From Phoronis australis (taxonomy: Eukaryota > Animalia > Phoronida): a DNA stretch of 64,000 nt. The notes beneath the pieces were generated by a model that saw only the letters and a program-made list of their open reading frames with translations, was not told the origin of the DNA and did not search any database. The DNA lies in assembly GCA_002633005.1 (NCBI GenBank), contig NMRA01000660.1:1-64000 (forward strand), in the 5' to 3' direction. Positions within the stretch are counted from its first letter, which is position 1. Every line of letters starts with the position of its first letter. A program made the position numbers and the translations under genes. Positions 52,463 through 64,000 of the stretch are shown here, piece by piece.

Positions 52463-55206
52463 CTATTAGGAGAAGGACCACACAATCAAAAGATGTTGAC
52501 AATGAGGAAAAACACGTGATGCATGTAGTGAAGTAAACAACAGTAGAAGGGAAAGATACAGACCCAACGGAGAATATCAGTGTGTGTTTCCAAAAGGGAG
52601 AAGAATGGCAATTATAACGCGGGTGCGAGTAATACTTGGGAATTTATACAGGTCATTTATATCTAAAGCCGAGAATGTGATCAGTTACAGCCATTGTGCG
52701 TATAATTAGGGTGAATATAAACAGCGAAAATTGGTCTTACGTCCCGTCCATACAAAGCCTACCCTGGAGCTAGCACCAGTACAGCTTACCCTTCACACAC
52801 ATCCAAAAACTAGGGTAAGGCGAATTTACCAGAATATTCGTGACATTAAACACCGAAATCGAGTGCAGTGTATGTAACTGCAGCCAATAATCACGTCTGC
52901 CTTGCCCCAGGTTTGCAACCACATAGGAATTACATATGGCGCAAGTTACCCTAAAACAAGTTACCACAAGCAAGTTGTCACAAGTGGGGTAACTTGTGCT
53001 ACCAGCTTAAAAAGCGTCCACACAGTCTCCAAACCTAGTAACTTGTTTTAGCGTATTAGTCTATGTGTGTGCGGCACTAAAGGCCTTTATAGACTGAGGA
53101 ATTGATTGTAACAGATCAGCTTTGTAGAAAAAATGTGCAGTATTGTAAATAACATCTTACCGGTCAACCTTGGAGTAGTGAAATGTATCCCAGAAAACAC
53201 CCCGTGCCACCTTTAAGCATAATTATAACGCAATACAGAACACACGAAGTGGAATAGAGTTAAACAAAAACTACAAAGCATTACTTATATATGTAAGAGA
53301 AGCAACTCTCAAAGGGCTTTTAAACAAGAAGTTGTAACGACAGATATGAGCAGTTCATGAAATCACCAATAGTGAAATGCCGTGGACGCATAAACAGTAA
53401 AATGATGTGAACTACAAACCATGCCCAATACACTAATAACGATAGAAACAGACCATCATTAGTCGAGGTTTCTCAGTTACGTTTTGACACATCCTGGTAT
53501 AACATTTCCTTCAGACCAGATATCATAAAGTATGTGTTATGCAATCATGTCAAAAAAGCGTAGCTAAATCTCGTCTAAAACCTGCGCCTCACCAAGATAA
53601 CAAAAGCATCGGCATTCTTTGTTAAATTATTTCCAGTATTTGACTACTTAAGCGAAAGAGTTGCTTGCAGAATCTTAAAAACGAATGGGCACGGACAAAT
53701 ACAAATACACAACTCACTTTCCAACATGGTCTATTCTGTTTTCAATGGCGATAAAAGTTTGTTATAGGTAGGGCCTATTAATAGTATGTGTAAAATGACA
53801 TCATATCTAAATTCTACATAGGTTACTGAATAGTTCTGGCGTTATTAAACGTATTATGGTTTTTAGAAATAATGACGGTGGGCTATTGTTGTTCAGGATC
53901 GTTATTTATTATTGCACACTGTTGTTTGAACTTTCATTGTTTCTCGTAAATCAATAATTAAATGTTAAAAGTTCCCCTTTTTCATCAAGTAATATTGCAC
54001 TCAAGTAATGCATCTCAGACATCCAGTATCCTTGCACACAACTTAGCATTTTTTCAACTCTGCTTCTAGCGCATGTAACTGCCTTAGCGGAAAAGTGTGG
54101 GTTTGCAGATTCGGATACCTTAGTTCAAATCCCTTCCAAGCCAAATTTCGAATTTCCTGCCAAATCATTATAGCACTCCGTGGCATAAATAAAATGGCCA
54201 TGTGTCTAGAAAAAACACAATAAGTGAGGTACAAATAAGGAGACGGTGCCGAAGACCATGTGCTTCAAAGGATGTCTTGTGAACGTTAGCGATAGCAAAA
54301 GCAACATTGAGGCATATTCAGGCAGGGAAATCGGAATATGTTTGATTAAAAAGCTCTGCCCAATTTTTTATCATCATTCGTTGTCGCTGACTACATACAA
54401 TGTATATGTATATTTTAGGAACTGTGAGATTGTTGATCTTACCCTTCTGTTGTAAACCCATAACGCCTTGTTCCGTAGGAGGTTTCAAATTTAAAAAATG
54501 GTGTTTTCCAAATGGCTCGTCTTTCCTCCTCGTTGTTGCTCCATGGTAGAATTCTGCCATCATGCCACGCAGCCTGGCATATGCTTGATTTCTGAATTAC
54601 AAAACAAGGACGAACTTCTCAAAAGTAATATTTTTTTAGTTTCCCGCTACGTTATGTCATCAGTGGAAGACGTTGATCAGTTGCCAATATATACATGTAT
54701 GCAACGGTGGTTAGTACTGGTTTTGTAATTATTTAGTTTTTGCGTTTATTTCTTGATTAAAAGTACACAAATCGAAGAAGAAATACCAGGTACTTAAAAT
54801 CTCATGCCAAAATTGCTGGTAATAAAATTCCAGCATTTATGACTGTGGTGTGGATGTAGACTGCCTCTATGAACCTTTCCTGCAAGTTAATTTCAAGTGG
54901 TTGAATTTTGCAAGCCCGTAGAAAACGAGGAATATATACCAAGAACGTATTATAGACGAGAGATGAGGTTTACAGTGGGCTGCATTTTTAAACAAAACTA
55001 CAAAAGTCCCTTAAAAGGGGACACTGGACTGGTTAAACCTCTTTCGATGAATCTTTACTTACCAACGAGTACCACCCAGTTCCCCATACGTTTCCTATGT
55101 GACATTCTTCCTTTGGACACGTGTATCTAAAAAAGGCGAACTTGCAATAAAAAGTGAAACTGTGCTTCACATACATCTAATGATACAAATAGGGAATAAT
55201 CAATTA

Positions 55207-56609
55207 CAGTACAGCCACTGAATTTTTAGACTTCGTCCGGGCTACCTCACGCCTGGCCAGACCGGAGCACAACCGGAACGCTGGCGTGACAGAAATCAGT
55301 CACGGTCGCCTCACGCCTACTCTCCGGGTAGTCCTCACGCTTACCTCCGGTCAGTTAACGCCTTCCTCACGCCTTGTTTACGCTTTCCTCAGGCTTTCTT
55401 CACGCCTACGGTAGCTGTGGTAACCATGGTAGGGCACCGGGCTAATCAGTAAAAGTACATGTAACGTCTTCATTGCCTGTCGTTTCGGACAAGTTACAAA
55501 GACATTATAGAATATTATAAAGTATCTTTGCAAGCAGTCATCTATCACACTTGGGTTCCGACTAACTCTGTAATTCCACGTGTTGTTCATACAAACGTCT
55601 TCCTTCAGCTCATTTTGTGTTACGGTTACATGTACATGTTCAATTTACGACTTTTAAGTCATAAGAGCCAGTCCGATCAACGACATACATGTACAGGAAC
55701 CACGGTTAGTAAATACGAATATACGCGACCCTGTGTCCAGAGTCGTCTTTACATGGCTGTGGACTCCTTGAAACTTGTCACAGCTGGAAATAGTTAATTC
55801 GCCCTAAAAATAGCCTACGCATCTTGCGAAGTATTGTGTCACTCCGTAACTTTTTGCACTGCACTGGCGTACAGAAAATTTCAATAGGACGCCCTTCTGA
55901 CATACCCATCCCTTACTGCAAGCAACTGTTTTGACTAAAAAGTCCTTAATCCGTAGTGCAGTTCAATTATTTGTAGCCCCCTCCCCGTAGTACATGCGTT
56001 TCGACTGAGGTCACAGTATCCCCGGGGTCATCTGTTCGACTCGTCAAATGCATGGGCGCGATCAGTTTTCTCCGCATGATGCCGGAACTTGGGATCAATG
56101 TGCTCAGAATTGACAAGCTATGCTCCTTCATATCGTGAAGGCAATTGAATATTTCCGCCATGTACACGCGTGTTAAGATTCTTTATTAGTTTATATAAAA
56201 CAAATAATTATATATAAGTGAAAAGTAGAGTCCACAGGTCTGTTTACTGAAGTGACTTAAGATTTGAGAAGGAAATTTTGGTCTTTTACTGAACGTTACG
56301 ATTTCAAAAAAATTAAACCTCGCATGAGCAAAAGTCTATGAGAATACACACATCACTGCTAGTTACTGATATAGTTTTAATAAATTACTTTTTCATCTGC
56401 GATGCAGGTAAACTCATGCCTGGTTCACCGCTGGCTCGCCCATCGTTCACGCCTAACTCACGGTCAGCTCCGGGTACAGTCGCCCTTAGGCTTACGCCAG
56501 CTGTCACGGTTGATTTACTCCTCACCCTCCGGTCTGTCTCCGGTTACGGTCACGGGTGGCTAGACCGGAGAGAAACCGGAGAGAGTCTAATAATTCAGTG
56601 GCTGTACTG
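55207..56609. mobile_element. Non-autonomous Tc1/mariner-type element
   Basis: TA|CAGTACAGCCACTGAATT(T/A)TTAGACT ... AGTCTAATAATTCAGTGGCTGTACTG|TA; subterminal CTCACGCC repeats; no transposase ORF. Confidence 0.85.
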
Positions 56610-58081
56610 TATATTTGTAGCGTGGAAATAAACATTTTACTATTTAAGTGTTCACATTCTTTGACAAATTTTTCAAAGTGACCCCTTGTTTATTAAACAG
56701 AATTTATTTTTCGGCATTGTGATAATCTCTCGCAAGATCAAACAAATGTTAACGAAAGTTTCCTCCTAGCTTTAGTACTTTGTTTCCTTAGGCGTAACAA
56801 AATGTCAGTTAAGGATATTTCAAACCTTATTCACAAAATTGGCCATTTTTAAAATATTTCACATACATCTTGAAAAAACCCTATCTTCATTATAAGGGAG
56901 CTTCAATTACCAAAAATATACCTTCTAGTGAGAAAAAAGATATAGTAGAATCACCATAAAACCGCACAACCGCGTAGAAATTTGTCGAATATTTAACCGA
57001 AGTTAAAGGTTACGGGGATGTCACTCAAATCTAATCTCCCACCAGGCACAGAGCAGCTCTGTATGTAACCCCCAGTCCTTTCATTCCCCGAGTAGCCATA
57101 ATATTGAGCCAATGAAATGTACATTTGACAGGAAGATGACGGGGAAAACGAAGACAAAACGTAATTTTGATGCTGAGTTGTGCGTCTTCGTGCATACAGC
57201 AGAATGTTCCGAGTCTTTTATCGCCCCTGTGACTTTGTGTTAAGATCACAGCAAGATCATGAGAGATAAATCTTCACCCAAAGTCATTAATTTGATAGGT
57301 AACTTGCGATTAACCCAATCAAGTTGTGAGTTAATTTGACAAGCGAAAGAGAGTAGCCAGTCACAGTTATCTTTAAAGGATATTAAGCCCAGAACCTATC
57401 AGCAAAAACTAACTACGCCATTCGGCAAGAAAATGAAACAACATTCCTTTAAAGTCAATCCTCAAACAGTTGGTTAAAGTTTGAAACTTCTAACCAATTA
57501 TACGAAATCGGCAAGCTTGACTAGCAGTCAACGATTGTTGGGGAAAAATCGATCACTTCAAAACACAAAAACCAAGTTCACAACACACAAAAAATACCTA
57601 TATAGGAGTTTTGACATTTATACAGTAAATTTTAACATCCTTTGACAAACTACTTAACTGTGGGAGGAATTAGTACGATTGACTGGAAGTTTGGCGAAGT
57701 AGAGAAGTCTGATTAATCACTCTAATTGCGTCAACTCAACCCAAATAGTTTACTTAAAATCACTTAGTGACAAAAATTACTACACAGTGACTAATATCAC
57801 TACGCTATTCAAACAAGATAGAATACATAAACAACTGTCAACACCAACGTTAATGGTAGAAAGATTTGAAAACTTCCAAAAAAATGAAACGTACGTGGGT
57901 GGGGTGTCCACCATTTCGCCACTGAAACAGGCTTACTCGATGTTCGAATGATGCCATTTCCAGAGCTAACTCTGGCAGAAATAGGGATGTCATCAGCAAT
58001 TTTACTGACTTGAGAAGTCACATTTTAGGAGCCAAATTACTAAAGCCGCTACAATCCATATTCTGTTGTTTAAAACATTAA

Positions 58082-61000
58082 AAGACAGTCCATATAAAAA
58101 CCAGTAGATTTTCAAAAATCAGTTTTTTACGTCAAAATTTAAAACAACTTCATTTTTTGTACATGGGTAGGTATCCTAACATAAACCCAAATGCCAAATT
58201 TTGTGCACTCAATGACCCCTAATTTCGCCGCAGGAGCATGATCACACAAATTGGCACAATTGGGCATATTAGCCGTCTCAAAAATCGCATTTTTTCAGCA
58301 ACAAAAATGAGTAACATACAAAATAGATCAAAAGCTATATTTTGGTGGCTGAAATAACCAACGTATACTGTACATAATTCTGTGCCATTTATTAAAATCT
58401 GACAGTTTTGTGCTAGACAGGGGAGCTAATCCACAGACCACTTTTTGGGGCCAATTTTAGTGACCATTTTTGTGACCTTCTTACTGCCATAAAACACCTT
58501 GTAGCCTTATGTGACGTTTTGAACATATAGTTAAAGAGTTAGTCTTGATGACTGGCCAATAAAAAATCTTGCCTCAACTTTGCACCTTAGTGAAGATTGT
58601 CTTGCAAAACTGTCTATTTTCATAGTTTGGATATGACGAGCAGAGTTTACAGACCATTTGAACAAACTTTTAGGCAATAAGTCTGCTTTAAATAGTTATA
58701 GAAACCAAGTCTAAACTCTTTCAAATGAAAACGAGATGTTTTCTGGGTTTATTACGCGGCTAGTATCAAACATGAACCCGATGACATTTGCCCACTGTGG
58801 GAGTCAGTTGAGGTTAAGCTTGAGGATATATAAAAAATGTACGTGTAACCCTCTTATATTCTTTCATTCCTTTTACATTATCAAGTTAATTTAAAACCTC
58901 TGTGGAAATTTTAAATGGAAATAAATGCCTTTAAGATTAAACGAGTAAGAATTGATATTTGTAATGTCTGGTTTTGAAAGAAGCAAGTGCATTTTAAAAA
59001 GACAAAATTGCGGACGATGTCGATGGGCCTTCATGTTCCTTTAGAGTTTATTCTGCAAAAAATCCGATCACAAAAGCTTTGTGCTTTAGTGAGTTATGTC
59101 AAAGACACCACTGAACATTTGAGATACAGGAAACTACCTCACAAAGCAAGGCCTGTGCCTGAGTATGGACTCGTACTACCCAGAGTCGGTGAATTTCTGA
59201 CTGAACAGGACCAGTCATGGAAGAGTCAGGTAATGCTGGATGTTACCACTCTGCTCCTCTCCTCCTGAACGTAGCAGCCTTGTCAAATTCTACCGGCATT
59301 TCTGTTTCGAGATATGACTTTAGTGAAAGTCAGAATGGAAAGGATCTCTGTGATCGCAAGATCGCTCCACTCAAACAACATGCAAAGTACTTTGTAGCCG
59401 AAGGTAACAATATCATAAACTTTCTGGATTTGAAAGAAGCATTACTTTCCAGTGGCCGTGTGAAGGGATGTTATGTGTATGCATGTTCAGTCAATGCAAC
59501 AAAGTCTTTTCCAAAATACTCAGTTCCTGGTATAAGCACATTCCCAAATTCCCACTATTCCACCCAAGGAATTCGCGTGTGGAAATCATTCCATGTAGGT
59601 GACGGTAAGTTCTTACAAATACTGAGAAAAAGGGAAACCTATTTCTCTAAAATACTAACATCTCTCTGAGAAATGGCGGATTTTCAACACCAAGAGTTAA
59701 GGTTGGCATTGTATCAGATCTAGTGAAAAGCTTCAACAAAAGTTCCCTTGTACCCAGCAAGGTTACTCGAAATTTTTTGCTACACGTATGACCACATCGC
59801 ACGACAGGGGTCAGAAATGCTTTCAGATGCAAGAACCGGAGCGTCATTTGAGACAGCCTGCTCAGAGTACTATTTGGATGAGACAAATGCTGAAGCAATA
59901 GGTTAGGCATTAAAAAAAGGTTAAAGGTCAACAAATTTTTCAGCAAAGGTTAAGAACTTTCTGACGAACATATTCGATGAAGGAGATAAGTCAGGTAAAA
60001 ACGTTCACCCTCGGAAGTGCCAAAATGGAGAAAACATTACGAGAACCTATTGGTAAAGTGTTTACCTGTGATATTAAGTGAATCGCAGATTGGTGGGTTT
60101 TTTGGAGGTTTTCTGCAGCAATGTTTATGACGAAGCAATTTCTGCTGAAGATGCTGTTATATCGTCAGATTTACTGAATGAAGTGGTAAATGAGCTCAAC
60201 GTTTAGCCTAGTTTTGTAGCATACCAGTCAAAGATGTGTGATATATGAAGTCGAGACCGTTACTTCTGTTTACTTCATGTCTGTCATGAATGAGTCATTA
60301 ATAAAATTGTCTCTCGTGAATTATTTTCTATTGACTGTGAATGTGTACCTTTTTATACCACTGCTGATCACACTGGCAGAAATATTCAGCGTTAAGTTGC
60401 CCGGTGTGTAGGGGAAACACCAGATTTCTGGCGACTGGTGGCGACTAAAATTTGTAGCAACCGGCAGGGACATTGCAATATGAACCCAAAGTTACAATGA
60501 CTATCGACAAGTTGAAGGATTTTTGCACTGAACACTAGGGAGGCATATCTACCTTGGGCGCCTTCCTTTGCCTGTGGCACGAACAAGGCAGATAGACAAC
60601 AAGGCAGGGGTGAGTTCAGTAACACTAGAACCTCTCTAAAATTTATCCAAAACGACGTGTTCTTATTTAAAATGCAGGGCAATATTTCGCGAAGTCTTGA
60701 ATTATAGCAAGGTCCTCGTGTTACTGCTCTGGCTTATTCTAGATGCGTCTCCAGTCTCTACGTAAACAAATGCAGCGCCATCTATCATCATGCCAGTTGA
60801 TTTACGTTACATATTTTTTGTAATAAGCAATAATCATCAATGCCGTTTTCAGAGAATGGTAATTAATAATGCTGACTGCCTTTTCTCCAAAATACAAGGT
60901 TTTTATGTCGTGTTTTGCAAGCTAATTGTATGTTCCAAGAGCCCCCTATTGGCAGCAGAGGCAACTGAGAACGTGCAAAAGGACGAAGTGCAGTTCGTGT

Positions 61001-61511
61001 AATGCTTCGTACGCAAAAACTACATTAGAGGCAAGATTTTTTATTTTAGATTATGAACAGGTTAGGAATGACTAAACAAATTATTATAAATTCAATTTCA
61101 GGAAAGGTGCTTTATGGCTGCTACAGAGTGCCAAATTTGGCCGAAAATGGCTTCAGTGAAAAACTGAAAAATAGCCGTTTTTGCCTCACAAATTCAAAAC
61201 GTACAAATTTAAAAATGGATTTTGAAAGTTATACCATTAAATTATTTAGCCACTGTCCTTTCAATTCGTATTATTAATTTGTTTTGACCTTACGACACCT
61301 GCTAGTAAAATGCATTCAAACATGCCTACTTCAACGCCCAATTTTGTTGCAAAATGGAGGTACAGGTCATAAAAAGAAAAATGATGATTGAAAATTCTTA
61401 AAAAGTGAGCTTTTTCTACATCTCAACAAACCAAACTCATGTTCTAAGTTTCAAAAAAATCGGTGATTTTGGGTATAGACTCTACCTGTTGGTTTTTATA
61501 TGGAATCACTC
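58082..61511 (+). mobile_element. Decayed DNA transposon, Sola3-like
   Basis: TTAA flanks (58078-58081, 61512-61515); imperfect TIR with core TCCATATAAAAACCA; transposase fragment 59217-59669 GNAGCYH...YDFSESQNGKDLCDRKIAPLK. Superfamily call is from motif memory. Confidence 0.6.
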
Positions 61512-64000
61512 TTAACTTTCTTCAAAGTACATTTGCTCTTGGAAAGCAATTAATGCCTTCGCGTTATTGCATAGTCAGGGACCCCATTTCCCGCTCTATT
61601 GGACACGATCAAAAGAACACAAAAGAAGTTCATTTCTTTGGCTTACCCCTAATTTACCTCGAAAATTGCAGATAACCAACTCCTTACAAAATTCTAGATT
61701 CGCCAGCGCATTAACCGTTTGACTGTTGTCACACATTCTAGTTTGTTTATGTGTTGTTTATCTAGCTTACGAAGGAATGCTTTGTTGAAGAATTCCGGGT
61801 TTACCTTGCGTTTTCAGTCCCATATTTACAATAATCATTTCTTTTAAGTTTGATGCGAAAAACCCGTTTTCGCAATAATCATTCCCTTTAAAATTAGCGA
61901 AACGTGAACAAGAAGCAGCACTAGTCACCTCTTTACTTGTTTTTTCCTGAATTTGAGGGAGTCAACCGGTGCAACAACTCGTGGACTGTTTTCAAGCGCG
62001 TATGCATTAGTACTCAAACTGGCCAACTAATAACCTAGCCTTTCATGAATAAATAATGTCGATTTTCAACAAATGCTATTCGATGTTGCTTGATTTATTG
62101 TGCGTGTATTCTGTATGCTGATTATACTCACGGATGGGTCTGGTTCTGAACCTCAACTTCGTAGAATTTGTCACTGCATTTTCCTGTTGCGTCGCTGGGA
62201 AAGAGTTGAGATAAAAGTGAAACTGAAATGTACAAACAGGCCATGCATTATATTCAGGCGAAGTTTTGAATGATGCCATAATAATGAGAACATGAAACTA
62301 CATTGCTGACCTATTTTCAAACTGAAAGTTGGTAGGATTTTTCGTGCCTAGGACATAACTTTTGGCATTTTCTATATGTGACACTTATCCTGAGTTTGCA
62401 ACAAGTGATAACTGTGTCCGCGGGCCTCGCGAACATGGTCATCCACGAGTAGCAAAATAACTTATTTTAGAAGAGTTTTGAATAATTTCTAATCGAAACA
62501 AGACAAGGTTTTTCAAGTTCGATTTTCCAATACACACTTCTTATTAATTTACAAAATTAACTTCGACAGAGGAAGTAGGCGATCATGTCACCATGGCAAT
62601 AACCACTATCAAGTGTTCCTAAAATGTGTTGAACGCAAACAAACCGGTTATGCCGTGTTCTACATCCAATTGGGGTAGGCCTAAGTATCCTATTGTACTT
62701 TCGCAAAACTTGTTATTCTAAATGCAGTGGTGGATATAAGATACCGTAAAGAGGGGGGCCAACACGTTTCCTCGGGGAATTGGATAAAGTTCCGGGCCCG
62801 GGGATGAGGACGGATCTTCCGTTTGGAAACCCTATCGTTGGAAATCCGCCTATGAAATGTACACTTCACATATTTGCGCGATTGAGGGTTGCGCTGGATA
62901 ATACGATGAGACTATTTAGACGTCGAAGTTTTCATGCTTATCTGCAGGCCATGAGAAAATTTGCGATTCTGAGGTGAGACATGGTCCGAGTGAAGTTTCT
63001 ATTTACATTCAAGTATTAAACAGAGGCGGTAAATCTTCAGTACTGGAAGGATGTTGCGAACCAATGATATTCGACTTCATTATATAGTTAAGGTGCTTTG
63101 CAAATAAAGACATGACGACTTTCTTGTACTTTGTGCTCACAATGTTGAGGTTATCGGTTATAGCCAAGAGGAAACCAGCCTCGTGGTGACAATGGCGCTG
63201 TCAACTCCATGACTCAAAAAACTTCCGGTGCTAATCGTTCTAGGTAAGCAATTGTCGTTGACCTTGAACCTTGCACAGGACGAGAAGTGTTACCCTGGCC
63301 AAACAATATCTTTTACTGTTTCAGGATATACACGTATCGTCGAATGGGCTGGCTAAAGCCCAAAATGGGTTCAAATCGGGCTCTAGCAAGGGCAGTTACA
63401 TTGGTGAAAGTTAAAAAAATCAACGTTCAAAAGTTTTTCGTTGCCCATCTCGCAACCAGTTATTTCATTACATGGACGAAAAACGCGAATTAGATGTTTA
63501 TTTTATCTTTAAAACATTTCCGTTTTGTGCCTAGTGTTACACCAATAAAAATTGCGCTCTGTAATGTTATGGTATTTACAACAAGCCAATGACAGGCTGC
63601 GTTGGATTTGACATTGATAATCCTTTCATGGAACCGCGTATTTTCCCACTAATCTATACAAGGTATTTTGAACCTCTTTAGTCGATTTCCGTAAACTGAA
63701 ACTAATAAAATCAACTATTCCGGAAGTGTAACCAAGTCGGCCCGTTTAGAAAATGTCCCACAAAACACTCTTCCGTGTTTTAATATCCTAGACGCAGGTC
63801 GATTTAGTCTGCTACATAATAGTTCACAGCGGTTCTGCCAGACATCGCTTGCATTCACCTTTTCGTGAATAGTGATAAACACCACATACGTGTGCACAAA
63901 TGATAGTGAGAAGGTGGTAATCTAATGAAGCACCGTAGGTAAATGATTTGTAGAAATCATTATTTTAGTAGTATTTTGAGCATCCAGAAAAGACACAGCG

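Noticed and set aside
54043-54728. Short ORFs upstream of the RTK
   Set aside because: Possibly decayed transposon coding sequence, but no diagnostic motif or termini could be identified.

Overview
AT-rich, intron-rich animal (probably marine invertebrate) genomic DNA; most entries in the ORF track are exon fragments running into introns or are spurious. Two large multi-exon receptor genes lie tail-to-tail about 3 kb apart. (1) On +, <1..27525, the 3' part of a receptor protein tyrosine phosphatase: FN3 repeats, TM, catalytic D1, degenerate D2, and a C-terminal YANF tail like RPTP-alpha/epsilon. (2) On -, 30560..~52460, a Tie-like receptor tyrosine kinase with the unusual order Ig-like, kringle, Ig, 3xEGF, 3xFN3, TM, kinase. 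The main observation is that three consecutive FN3-coding exons of the phosphatase and the kinase are clear paralogues (about 47-61% aa identity by hand alignment, same splice phases, near-identical lengths). This suggests a linked kinase/phosphatase paired-receptor system built on one ectodomain. Also present: a tandemly duplicated TM exon, a minisatellite of about 25 copies of a splice donor, an EGF pseudoexon, a possible decayed GPCR in an intron, a decayed LINE, a Sola3-like transposon remnant, a Penelope remnant and several MITEs. Exon coordinates were read by eye from GT/AG sites and frame continuity; no database searches were run.
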